Shown here: positions 7,434-15,740 of the stretch, in pieces
How the letters are laid out: every line of letters begins with the position of its first letter
Numbering within the stretch: the stretch's first letter is position 1
Program-made: the position numbers and the translations under genes
The notes under the pieces: model-generated
What the model saw: only the letters and a program-made list of their open reading frames with translations
What the model was told of the DNA's origin: nothing
The model's database searches: none
From: Micropepsaceae bacterium
Lineage (GTDB): Bacteria > Pseudomonadota > Alphaproteobacteria > Micropepsales > Micropepsaceae
Direction of reading: 5' to 3'
Length of the DNA stretch: 64,000 bases
NCBI GenBank assembly: GCA_036273455.1
Contig: DASUHP010000033.1
Location: 13,967-77,966, forward strand

Positions 7434-9350
7434 ATGCGTGGACTTGTTCTTGTATTTTTGCTGTTGCCGGCTGGGGCTTTGGCCGATGAACCAGCGCTTT
7501 CCGACAATCTGGAAACGGTAGTTGTGAGTGCCACGCGCAGCGAACAGCCGCGCGAATTGACCGGCACATCGGTGTCGGTGATTTCGGCCGCAGATATTGT
7601 GGTTCAGCATCTCAATATCGTCACCGACGCGCTGTCGCAAACGCCGGGATTGACAGTGGTGCGCAATGGCGGCCCGGGCCAGTTTACCAGCATCGGTCTG
7701 CGCGACGCCGAAGCCGGCCAGACGCTGGTTGTGGTGGACGGCATGCGCATCATGGACCCGAGCGCGACCGACGGGACCGCCATCCTTTCGGATGTTCTGG
7801 TCAACAGCATCGATCGCATCGAGGTTTTGCGCGGACCGCAGAGCACGCTGTACGGCAGTGACGCCATTGGGGGCGTGGTGAATATCCTGACACGCCGCGG
7901 CGGGACGACGCCTTTCGCGATGGTCACGACGGCAGAAGGCGGGGGTTTCGGAACCTACCGGCTGAACAGCGCGGCCAACGGGACCGTGGACGGCATCGAA
8001 TATGGCGGCGGGTTTAATCTGTACACGACGGAAGGCATTGCGGCGGCCGATACCAGGCCGGTGCGGGACCAACCCGATCCCTATCGCAATGTCGGCGCTA
8101 CTGCGAATGTCCGCGTGCCGCTGGCGGCGAATATCAACGTTGATGCCCGCGGCTGGTATGTCAATGCGCGCACGGTATTCGACGGCTTTCCGCCGCCCGA
8201 TTTCACACTGCAATATACCGGCGAATACGGCATCGACAGCCTGCTCGCGCTGTATGGCGGCGTGAATGCGGCGTTCTTCGACGGCCGGTTTGTCAACCGG
8301 CTGTCGGTGAGCGACTTCGACAGTGACCGGAGGAATTACAATCCGGGTCTGTCATTCCCGGAGGAGTTCTACGCCAAAGGCACAGCGACAAATTTCGAGT
8401 ATCAGGGCATCTTCGATGTGACCCCATCCAGCCAGCTGACCTTCGGCGCGGAGAGCCTGCACACCGCTATTCGCACCGCGTCACCGGCGCCGGGCGACAC
8501 CAACCCGCTGCCCGTTGTTGGGCACGACACGATCAACAGCATCTATGCGCAATATCAGGCGACTTTGTTCGATCAACTGACGCTGACCGGCGGCTACCGG
8601 CACGACGATGATTCATCCTTTGGCGGACACGATTCGATCAAAGGCGCGGTGGCACTGGCGCTGTTTGGCCGCGACACCATATTGCGCGGCAATTATGGTG
8701 ACGGATTCAAGGCGCCATCCCTGTACGAGCTGTATTCACCCTTTTCCAACCCGGTGCAGAGACTGACGCCCGAAAGCGCGCGGGGCTGGGAAGCCGGCGT
8801 GGACCAGATGCTGTCCGCCGGCGGATTGATTTCGGTGGCGTATTTTCAGCGGCTGACATCGGACCAGATTGATTTCTTCGATTGTTTCGATGTGACTTCG
8901 CCGGCCTGCGCACAGCGCCCGTTCGGCTATTACGCCAATATCGTGAAAACCCGCAGCAGCGGCGTCGAGGTGGAAGGCGGGGCGCAGCTCATGGATACCA
9001 TTCACGTCTATGCAAACTTCACTGCGATGGATGCGGTGGATCTGTCCACCGGCAACGAGCTCGCGCGACGGCCGCGGCTGATGGCCAATGCGCGCGTGGT
9101 CTGGACTCCCGATGCGCGATGGTCGCTCGGGATGAGCGCCGGGTTCACGGGAAAGCGGTTCGATGATGCTTTCGAAACCGTGCCGCTTCGGGCTTTCACG
9201 CTGCTGGATGTGTTTGCGTCTTACGCCATCAGCGACCGCATGCAGGTTTATCTTCGCGGCGAGAATCTGCTCGATGAGCATTATGAAACCGCGGCCGGGT
9301 ACCGGTCGCTGCCGTTGACCGTGACGGCGGGATTGAGGTTTGGGGTGTAG
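7434..9350 (+). CDS. btuB: TonB-dependent receptor, vitamin B12 (BtuB-like)
   Basis: AGGAGGA RBS, signal peptide 'MRGLVLVFLLLPAGALA' and TonB box 'ETVVVSATR'. Plug motifs 'LRGPQSTLYGSDAIGGVVNILTRRG' are present. A B12 riboswitch precedes it. Confidence 0.8.
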   Translation: MRGLVLVFLLLPAGALADEPALSDNLETVVVSATRSEQPRELTGTSVSVISAADIVVQHLNIVTDALSQTPGLTVVRNGGPGQFTSIGLRDAEAGQTLVVVDGMRIMDPSATDGTAILSDVLVNSIDRIEVLRGPQSTLYGSDAIGGVVNILTRRGGTTPFAMVTTAEGGGFGTYRLNSAANGTVDGIEYGGGFNLYTTEGIAAADTRPVRDQPDPYRNVGATANVRVPLAANINVDARGWYVNARTVFDGFPPPDFTLQYTGEYGIDSLLALYGGVNAAFFDGRFVNRLSVSDFDSDRRNYNPGLSFPEEFYAKGTATNFEYQGIFDVTPSSQLTFGAESLHTAIRTASPAPGDTNPLPVVGHDTINSIYAQYQATLFDQLTLTGGYRHDDDSSFGGHDSIKGAVALALFGRDTILRGNYGDGFKAPSLYELYSPFSNPVQRLTPESARGWEAGVDQMLSAGGLISVAYFQRLTSDQIDFFDCFDVTSPACAQRPFGYYANIVKTRSSGVEVEGGAQLMDTIHVYANFTAMDAVDLSTGNELARRPRLMANARVVWTPDARWSLGMSAGFTGKRFDDAFETVPLRAFTLLDVFASYAISDRMQVYLRGENLLDEHYETAAGYRSLPLTVTAGLRFGV

Positions 9351-9376
9351 GGGGCGCCATGATCGCTGGTGGGCCG

Positions 9377-9417
9377 CTTCCCCCTCCACCGCTTCGCGGT
9401 CCCCCCCCCCGTAAACG
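9377..9417. repeat. intergenic repeat, family A long variant
   Basis: CTTCCCCCTCCACCGCTTCGCGGTCCCCCCCCCGTAAACGG aligns with 47259..47307 (CTCCCCCCTCCGTCCGCTTCGCGGACACCTCCCCCCTAAACGGGGGAGG). Confidence 0.55.
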
Positions 9418-9513
9418 GACTGGAAAACCGGCGGCTGAGTGATGTTTGTGGCCTCCCGCTGGGCATGGGGACGGGGTAGAACCGAAGCGCAGCGGGGCGG
9501 GCGGATTCGGCAG

Positions 9514-9906
9514 ATGCTTTGGTGGGTGATGGCGGGCAGCGCCATCGGGGGCGGGCTGCGCTACCTGGTGTCGGGATTTGTCGCGCTGCAATTCGGTGAG
9601 ATTTTTCCGTGGGGCACCGTGCTGGTCAATATTTCCGGCTCTTTCGTCATCGGCTTCTTTGCCACGCTGACCGGACCGGACGGGCGGGTGATGGCGGGTG
9701 CAACGACACGGCAATTCGTGATGACCGGCATCTGCGGCGGCTACACCACTTTTTCCTCATTCAGCCTGCAGACGCTGAACCTCGCGCGCGATGAGGAATG
9801 GTTCTATGCCGGGGCGAACATCGTAGCATCCGTCGTGCTATGCCTGATTGCAGTGTGGATCGGGCATATCGCCGCGGCAGCGATCAATCAGTTGAAGGGC
9901 ACGTGA
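9514..9906 (+). CDS. crcB: fluoride ion channel CrcB/FluC
   Basis: About 130 aa with 4 TM segments. Contains 'GSAIGGGLRY', 'PWGTVLVNISGSFVIGF' and 'GGYTTFSSFSLQT'. I used the internal ATG of ORF 9439..9906. Confidence 0.9.
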   Translation: MLWWVMAGSAIGGGLRYLVSGFVALQFGEIFPWGTVLVNISGSFVIGFFATLTGPDGRVMAGATTRQFVMTGICGGYTTFSSFSLQTLNLARDEEWFYAGANIVASVVLCLIAVWIGHIAAAAINQLKGT

Positions 9907-9986
9907 CGCATATACGCTTTACGATTCCCGGCCCGGCAGAATAAAATCAGGCATGTGGCCGCGGGCCGGCAATTTGGGAGGAAACC

Positions 9987-11042
9987 ATGCAGCGAGTAGC
10001 CCTGTGTTGTGCCGTTGCGTTCATTCTTGCCGCACCATCTGCAGCCCCCGCGCAGCAGAGTGAAAGCGGCGGACCCTATCGCGTGCTGAAGACGGTCAAG
10101 GCCGGCGGCGGCGATGGCGGTTTCGATTACACCAATGTCGATGTCGCCGGACGCCGGCTTTACATCGCGCGGCGCGGAGCGGGCGCGCAGGTCCCGCATA
10201 TCGCGGTGTACGACCTGGATACGCTGGCGCAGGTCGGGGACATTCCCAACGCCAACGCGCATGGCGCCGTCATCGATGCGAAGAGCGGCCACGGCTTTGC
10301 CAGCACGAAGCCGATACAGGAGTTCGATACGAAGACGCTAAAGCCGATCAAGCAGATCGAGGTTCAGGGCAATCCCGACGGCATGTTCTTCGATCCCTAT
10401 AACCAGCGCGCTTACGTGTTGAGTCATGAGATGCCGCACGTGACGGTGATCGACACCAAAGACGGGAACGTGCTGGGAACGATCGATCTCGGCGGCGCAC
10501 CGGAACAGATGACGAGCGATGGGCGCGGCCATCTCTATGTCGATGTCGAGGACATGCACAATGTCGCGGTGATCGATGCGAAGACCATGAAAGTGACGGC
10601 GCATTACGATCTCGAAGGCCAGGGCGGCACATGTGCCGGGCTGGCGATGGATCCGCGCAGCCGGGTGTTGTTCGCCGCCTGCCGCAATCCGCAGAACATG
10701 GTCATGCTGAATGCGGATACCGGAAAGATTCTCGGAACGGTTCCCCTGGGGCGCGGCACCGACGGGGCGGTGTTCAATCCCGCAACCGGAGAAGCGTTTA
10801 GTTCGCAAACCGACGGCACGCTGACGGTGGTGAAGGAGAATAGCCCGACGAGTTTCACGGTCGAGCAGACTGTGCAGACGATGCCGACCGCGAAAACCAT
10901 GGCGCTGGACAGCAAAACCAACCACCTGATCCTGATCGCGGCACAATATCCGCCTGAACCGCCGCGCCCGGCACAGGGTGGACAGGGCAGGCGCGCTCCC
11001 ATGATTCCGGGCTCGTTCACAATTTTGGTGGTTGGAAAGTAG
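9987..11042 (+). CDS. secreted YncE-like / YVTN-type beta-propeller repeat protein
   Basis: Signal peptide, then repeated 'xxVIDxxTxKVxxxI' blades. Contains 'GGFDY' and 'GNPDGMFFDP'. Paralogous to 60213..61211. Confidence 0.7.
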   Translation: MQRVALCCAVAFILAAPSAAPAQQSESGGPYRVLKTVKAGGGDGGFDYTNVDVAGRRLYIARRGAGAQVPHIAVYDLDTLAQVGDIPNANAHGAVIDAKSGHGFASTKPIQEFDTKTLKPIKQIEVQGNPDGMFFDPYNQRAYVLSHEMPHVTVIDTKDGNVLGTIDLGGAPEQMTSDGRGHLYVDVEDMHNVAVIDAKTMKVTAHYDLEGQGGTCAGLAMDPRSRVLFAACRNPQNMVMLNADTGKILGTVPLGRGTDGAVFNPATGEAFSSQTDGTLTVVKENSPTSFTVEQTVQTMPTAKTMALDSKTNHLILIAAQYPPEPPRPAQGGQGRRAPMIPGSFTILVVGK

Positions 11043-11112
11043 TTCGTAAAAACGCACCCCCCACCTGGCGCGCCAACGCGCACTTGCAAAAGCGCAAGTG
11101 CGGGCGCGCCGC

Positions 11113-11133
11113 CCTCTCCCACAAGGGGAGAGG
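11113..11133. repeat. intergenic hairpin repeat, family A
   Basis: CCTCTCCC-ACAAG-GGGAGAGG. The flank CGCAAGTGCGGGCGCGCCGCC matches the flank of the copy at 13436-13452. Confidence 0.6.
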
Positions 11134-11154
11134 CGAATCTTCTCTGAGGAACGG

Positions 11155-11478
11155 ATGCAAATTCCCAACGACGCCGTCCTGCTCAGGATATTCATCGGCG
11201 AATCGGACCGATTTGAGAGCAAGCCGCTTTACCAAGCGGTTGTGTTGAAGGCGCGTGAAATGCATCTGGCGGGCGCGACTGTGTTGCGCGGACCGATGGG
11301 TTATGGCCGCTCCAGCCATCTGCACACGGCCAAAATTCTGCGCCTGTCGGAGGATCTGCCGCTGGTCATCGAGATTATCGATGCCGAGGACAAGATCAAT
11401 TCCTTCCTACCCGTGCTCGACGGCATGATGGGACACGGATTGATCACGCTGGAGAAGGTGAAAGTCTACCGCTACTGA
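11155..11478 (+). CDS. DUF190 (PII-like, UPF0166) domain protein
   Basis: 'LLRIFIGESDRFESKPLYQAVVLKAREMHLAGATVLRGPMGYG' is typical of DUF190, a family often encoded beside crcB. Confidence 0.8.
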   Translation: MQIPNDAVLLRIFIGESDRFESKPLYQAVVLKAREMHLAGATVLRGPMGYGRSSHLHTAKILRLSEDLPLVIEIIDAEDKINSFLPVLDGMMGHGLITLEKVKVYRY

Positions 11479-11533
11479 TTCTGCAAGCCTCGTTCATCGC
11501 ACATTCAGACAGGCGGCCGCAGTTTGGCACCGG

Positions 11534-11746
11534 GTGGGGGTGAGGATGCACCCCATGAGCAACCGGCAACTTGTAGCAGATCAGATCCGGCACTACCGCG
11601 AATTGGCGCAAATCGCTGCCGAGTGTGCGCGGAGCAGCCCAGTTCGCGCCAGTGAATATTCCAAATTGTCAAAACAGTGGCTGGAGCTCGCCGACAGTCT
11701 GGAACGCGACGCGGCGATGCGCCGGCGCGGGATGACATCCCTGTAA
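11534..11746 (+). CDS. hypothetical small helical protein
   Basis: Only an ORF with a plausible helical sequence in an otherwise empty gap. Start ambiguous (11534, 11546 or 11555). No family recognised. Confidence 0.3.
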   Translation: MGVRMHPMSNRQLVADQIRHYRELAQIAAECARSSPVRASEYSKLSKQWLELADSLERDAAMRRRGMTSL

Positions 11747-11789
11747 TGGGGAGATAGGCTCCCTTCCGGTCTCTTCCGGGAGGTAGACA

Positions 11790-12785
11790 ATGGCCGGTCG
11801 GTTGTGGGCGGCGGTGGTGGCGGCACTGGCTTTTGCGCCGCCGGCAATGGCGGCCGACTCCCAGATGTTCAGTGGGAAGACGATCACCTATATCGTCGCG
11901 ACGACTCCCGGCGGCGGCTACGACACCTATGGCCGATTGATCGCGCGCTACCTGCAGACTCATTTGCCCGGCTCACGCATCGTGGTGAAGAATGTTCCCG
12001 GCGCCGGCAATATCATCGGCGCCAACACGATCTATGCCTCGCGTCCCGACGGTCTGACCATCGGCATGTTCAACACCGGGCTGATCTATGACCAGCTTAT
12101 CCACCGCGAAGGCGTGCAGTTCAACCTGACGAAATTCAGCTGGCTCGGCAAGGCGGCGGACGACACCCGCGGGCTCCTGATCGCCACCAACTCGCCGTAC
12201 AAGAATATGGGCGATCTGCTGAAGGCGAAAACGCCGATCAAATTTGCCGCCTCGGGCATCGGGGCAGCGTCGTATAACGACACGCGGATTCTCGCCGATG
12301 CGCTGCATCTGAACGTGCAGATCGTCAATGGATTCACCGGCAATGAAGCCGAAATGAGCATGTTGCGCGGCGAAGTCGTGGCGCAGGTCGGCACTGTGGA
12401 TTCGCTGAAGGAATTTGTCGCCCAGGGCCGCGGGTTCTGGGCGCTGGCGATGTCGGGCGATGCGCGCGCGCTGCCCGGCGTGCCGCGCATGGCGGATTAT
12501 GTGAAGGACGATCGCGGCAAGAAGCTGCTGGCTCTGCTTCAGGCGTTGTCGGAGATGGGACGGCTGACGGCGGGCCCGCCAGGAATTCCGGCAAATGTGC
12601 TCGCGGTCGAACGCGGCGCGATGACGGAAGTGATGCACGACGCAGCCTTTCTGGCCGACGCGAAGAGGCTTGGGCTGCCGATCGATTACGCGCCGGGGGA
12701 AGTTGTCGAAGCGAAGATGAAGGCCGCGCTGAATCAGCCGCAGGAAACGGTCGATGCGCTGAAAAAAGCGGCCGGTGGGGGATAG
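11790..12785 (+). CDS. Bug/TctC-family tripartite tricarboxylate transporter substrate-binding protein
   Basis: Signal peptide, 'GGGYDTYGRLIARYL..VVKNVPGAGNIIGAN' and a C-terminal 'AAFLADAKRLGL'. Paralogues at 32950 and 51084. Confidence 0.85.
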   Translation: MAGRLWAAVVAALAFAPPAMAADSQMFSGKTITYIVATTPGGGYDTYGRLIARYLQTHLPGSRIVVKNVPGAGNIIGANTIYASRPDGLTIGMFNTGLIYDQLIHREGVQFNLTKFSWLGKAADDTRGLLIATNSPYKNMGDLLKAKTPIKFAASGIGAASYNDTRILADALHLNVQIVNGFTGNEAEMSMLRGEVVAQVGTVDSLKEFVAQGRGFWALAMSGDARALPGVPRMADYVKDDRGKKLLALLQALSEMGRLTAGPPGIPANVLAVERGAMTEVMHDAAFLADAKRLGLPIDYAPGEVVEAKMKAALNQPQETVDALKKAAGGG

Positions 12786-12818
12786 TCCCCATCCGTCTCG
12801 CGCATTCTGCGCGATCCG

Positions 12819-12840
12819 CCTTCCCCGTAAAAGGGGAAGG
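12819..12840. repeat. intergenic hairpin repeat, family A
   Basis: CCTTCCCC-GTAAAA-GGGGAAGG. Confidence 0.6.
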
Positions 12841-12868
12841 AAAGATAGCGGAGCGCGGCTTCAGGGCC

Positions 12869-12910
12869 CCACGCGCGTAAGAAAATCGCGAAGCGATTTT
12901 TAGTGCGTGG
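12869..12910. terminator. long imperfect hairpin between convergent genes (terminator-like)
   Basis: Outer stem CCACGC/GCGTGG and inner stem AAAATCGC-GAA-GCGATTTT, with A/T tracts on both sides. Confidence 0.4.
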
Positions 12911-12925
12911 GATGCCGCCGGCAAA

Positions 12926-13390
12926 TCACGGACTGGATTTAACCGCGATGAGTTGCATGTCGAAGATCAACGTCTGGTTCGACGGCACAGTGCCGCCACC
13001 TTGCGCGCCATAGCCGAGCGCCGCAGGTACGGCGAGTTCCCACTCGTCGCCTTCCTTCATCAGCGACAGCGCTTCCTGCCACCCGGGGATCAGCTTTGCC
13101 ACCGGCAGATCATGCGTTTGCCCCGGCTTGGTTTGATCGAAGACATAGCCGTCAACCAGGCTGCCCTTGTAGGCGACGGTGACGATGTCGTTCGGGCCGG
13201 GTGTCTTGCCGGTGCCCTGTTTAATGACGCGGTATTGCAACCCGCTCGGCCGGATAACAACGCCCGGCTTCTTCGCGTTGGCGTCGAGATATTCCTGGTT
13301 TGCCTGCGGGCTGATGTCGCCGGCGAAAGCGGGAATCGAGAAAATCAGAAAAGCGGCAGTGGTGATACAAATCCGTGTACTTCGGCGCAT
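12926..13390 (-). CDS. FKBP-type peptidyl-prolyl cis-trans isomerase (periplasmic)
   Basis: Signal peptide. Contains 'GLQYRVIKQGTGKTP..VTVAYKGSLVDGYVFD', 'LIPGWQEAL' and 'VPAALGYGAQG'. Confidence 0.9.
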   Translation of the reverse strand: MRRSTRICITTAAFLIFSIPAFAGDISPQANQEYLDANAKKPGVVIRPSGLQYRVIKQGTGKTPGPNDIVTVAYKGSLVDGYVFDQTKPGQTHDLPVAKLIPGWQEALSLMKEGDEWELAVPAALGYGAQGGGTVPSNQTLIFDMQLIAVKSSP

Positions 13391-13452
13391 AGAAACTCAC
13401 CCTCAGCCGGAGCGCGATTGCGCGCTCGCACAATCGCAAGCGCGGGCGCGCC

Positions 13453-13519
13453 GCCTTCTCCCGCCCGCCTTCGTGGCGCGCCATAGCGCCACTTCGGCGC
13501 CGCGGCGGCAAGAGGAGAG
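13453..13519. repeat. intergenic repeat, family A composite copy
   Basis: CCTTCTCC ... GGAGAGG encloses a GGCGCGCC-rich inner palindrome. It is preceded by CGCAAGCGCGGGCGCGCCGCC, as at 11092-11112. Confidence 0.45.
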
Positions 13520-13550
13520 GTGCATCGCTGTAGCACTTCAGGGTTGTTTT

Positions 13551-14291
13551 TCACAGGCGGGAGAGGAGGGCGCCGGCGGCGGCGGGTGCGCGCAGCTTGG
13601 CGCCGGCAATGAAATAGATGAAGACATCGCCGCCTCTCGCCCAGGCTGCGGCGCGCTTCGCCCAACCGTCCAGCGCCGCGTCGGAATACCCCGTCGCGAT
13701 CTGCTCTTCGCTTCGCATCAGGCGGGCATAGGTGAAATCACCCGCGGGCTGATCGATGCATGGATATTCCGCCGAATCGGCGAACACGATGGCGCAGCCG
13801 TAACGGCGGGCAAGATTGTAGAACTCCTCGCACTGAAAGCTCGTGTTGCGAGGTTCGAGGGCGTGGCGCAGCGGCACGCGTCCGGCTTTTCGCGGTAAAA
13901 TTTTCAGGAAAGCTTCGAATTCCTTCGCGTCGAATTTTTTCGCCGCCGCAAATTGCCAGTTGATCGGTCCAAGTTTGTCGCGCAACTCCACGATGCCCTG
14001 ATTGACGAAGCGCTGAATGGAATCGCCGGCATCCGGGAGGTGCTTTCGATTGGTGCAGTAGCGCGACGCCTTGAGCGAAAACACAAAGCCGTCCGGCGTC
14101 TCTTCGCGCCAGCGGGCGAAATTTTCCGGCTTGAACGCAGAATAATAGGTGCCGTTGATCTCGGTGGAACTAAGCGCGCGGCTCAGGAATTCAAGTTCGC
14201 GTTTTTGCGGCAATCCCGCCGGGTAAAACACACCGCGCCACGGCGGATAATTCCAGCCGCCAGTGCCGGCGCGGATTGTTCCGTTGCCCAA
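13551..14291 (-). CDS. DUF72 (YecE-like) family protein
   Basis: 'GTGGWNYPPWRGVFYP', '..LEFLSRALSSTEINGTYY' and the overall pattern are typical of DUF72. The TTG start directly abuts the upstream stop codon. Confidence 0.8.
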   Translation of the reverse strand: MGNGTIRAGTGGWNYPPWRGVFYPAGLPQKRELEFLSRALSSTEINGTYYSAFKPENFARWREETPDGFVFSLKASRYCTNRKHLPDAGDSIQRFVNQGIVELRDKLGPINWQFAAAKKFDAKEFEAFLKILPRKAGRVPLRHALEPRNTSFQCEEFYNLARRYGCAIVFADSAEYPCIDQPAGDFTYARLMRSEEQIATGYSDAALDGWAKRAAAWARGGDVFIYFIAGAKLRAPAAAGALLSRL

Positions 14292-15002
14292 TTATTGCGG
14301 TTGCGGTGGCGGTGGCGGCAGCACCGAGGCAGGGACCGCCTGCCAATTGGATTTGCAGTCGCGAATATAGGGATAATACCCCATCGGGTCCTGACAATAA
14401 TACCAGACCTGCGGGCCGGCTGCGCCGGCACTGCCGTCGGGCGATGGCGGCAGATAATCCGTCTGCGGCGGAAGGGAATAGCCCGCGGCCGGCGGAAAGC
14501 CGTAGATGTCATCGATATAAGGCGTGGCGGTGTCGGGGAAGAAATAGGGATATTCGAACCCGTCGTAATAGGGCAGACCGAGCAGGTTTGGCAGCGGAAC
14601 GAAGCCGGTAACGCCTCCATATAGGCCGCCACGGAACCGGCGCTCGCCGAACTCTCCAAATCGTCCTTCACGGCCTTCGAAACGGCCAATGCCGGTTCCG
14701 AAGCGGCCGGCACCTCCGCCGAAGCGACGCTCACCTGCTCCGAAACGCCCGATACTTCCGGCGAAGCGACCGGGCAGTCCACGGCCAGAGAGACCGGCGC
14801 CTGGAAGACCTGGCCGGACAAAACCGCCGCGCGGCCCTGTGCCCAACGCTGAGCCACGCACACCCGGGCCAGCGCCACGCATGCCGCCGCCGCCGCCGCC
14901 GCGTGCGCCGGACTGAACCGTGGCGGTTGCAGCGAAAACCTGCGATTGCGTGACGAGGGCGCATGCCAACATCGCCACGAGGCCCAATGCCCAGCGTCTC
15001 AT
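14292..15002 (-). CDS. secreted Gly/Arg/Phe-repeat protein with C-terminal WYYC..GYYPYIR.C...W..VP module
   Basis: Signal peptide 'MRRWALGLVAMLACALVTQSQVFA'. About 8 GRFG/RRFG repeats. C-terminus is 'VWYYCQDPMGYYPYIRDCKSNWQAVP'. Confidence 0.6.
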   Translation of the reverse strand: MRRWALGLVAMLACALVTQSQVFAATATVQSGARGGGGGGMRGAGPGVRGSALGTGPRGGFVRPGLPGAGLSGRGLPGRFAGSIGRFGAGERRFGGGAGRFGTGIGRFEGREGRFGEFGERRFRGGLYGGVTGFVPLPNLLGLPYYDGFEYPYFFPDTATPYIDDIYGFPPAAGYSLPPQTDYLPPSPDGSAGAAGPQVWYYCQDPMGYYPYIRDCKSNWQAVPASVLPPPPPQPQ

Positions 15003-15094
15003 TGTGGAGCGCTCCGACAGATTGCAGAGGCATCATACTACCGCATTGGCGATATGGACAAATTTTCAGAAATGGACCGGCGCGTCTTGTCGAC

Positions 15095-15249
15095 TGTCAT
15101 CCTCAGCGAGCCACAGCGAAGCTGCGGTGAGGGAAGAGGATCATTCATCAGGCGCGCGTCTGCGCGCCAAAAGTGCATTTCTTTGCGCCGCAGACGCGGC
15201 GCGGATGGGTTCCCTTCCCCTCGCGCTTCGCGCTCGGCCGGGAATGACA
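15095..15249. repeat. MITE-like intergenic element, family B (two inverted ~45-nt units around a central palindrome)
   Basis: Left arm is TGTCATCCTCAGCGAGCCACAGCGAAGCTGCGGTGAGGGAAGAGGA. Right arm is CCCTTCCCCTCGCGCTTCGCGCTCGGCCGGGAATGACA. Centre is GGCGCGCGTCTGCGCGCC. Confidence 0.5.
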
Positions 15250-15254
15250 CATTG

Positions 15255-15740
15255 TTAGAGGATGAAGCTGAGGGAGCCGAGCGAACCGAGTTCATGAGCG
15301 TCAATGAACACACGGCGCTCATGGATTTTCAGGCCGGTATCTGCGCGCTTCACAATGTACCGGTAGCCGCCGGTATATTGGCGGATGCGCTCATAACGGC
15401 GGTAGCGGTGGCAGACAAAATTGGCGGCGACCGTGATCAGATCGCCTTCGACCGCGAGGATGCGGACATTGCCGATCAGGCGCCGGGTGCGCGAATGGGG
15501 ATATTCGGCGTGACAGTCCGGGCTCATCAGCCGCTTCACGCGCTCGCGGATGCGCACGATGTCATCGGCGAGGATGAACAGCGTCTTGTGATGATCGCCT
15601 TCGGGATGATCGTTGGGCGGCACATAATAGGAGGCATCATCCGTGAGCAGATCGAGCCATTCCTCGAGCCGCCATTCGTCGAGCAGCGCCGCTTCGCGGT
15701 AGAGCAGATCCTCGACTTCGCTGCGTGTCACCTCCGGCAT
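15255..15740 (-). CDS. aromatic ring-hydroxylating dioxygenase beta subunit
   Basis: This is the last 161 aa of track ORF 15255..16424, starting at 'MPEVTRSEVEDLLYREAALLDEWRLEEWLDLL'. NTF2-like. Its start overlaps the alpha-subunit stop (TGATG). Confidence 0.85.
   Translation of the reverse strand: MPEVTRSEVEDLLYREAALLDEWRLEEWLDLLTDDASYYVPPNDHPEGDHHKTLFILADDIVRIRERVKRLMSPDCHAEYPHSRTRRLIGNVRILAVEGDLITVAANFVCHRYRRYERIRQYTGGYRYIVKRADTGLKIHERRVFIDAHELGSLGSLSFIL

Noticed and set aside
9351-9513. Possible fluoride riboswitch in the crcB leader.
   Set aside because: I could not find the GGCGATG...AAAC..GCC...CTGATGGCCTC-type core. The nearest resemblance (GCTGAGTGATGTTTGTGGCCTCC) does not give the required helices. 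The leader is mostly a family A repeat.
11534-11746. A functional assignment for the 70-aa ORF.
   Set aside because: I could not recognise any family. It is kept only as a low-confidence hypothetical CDS.
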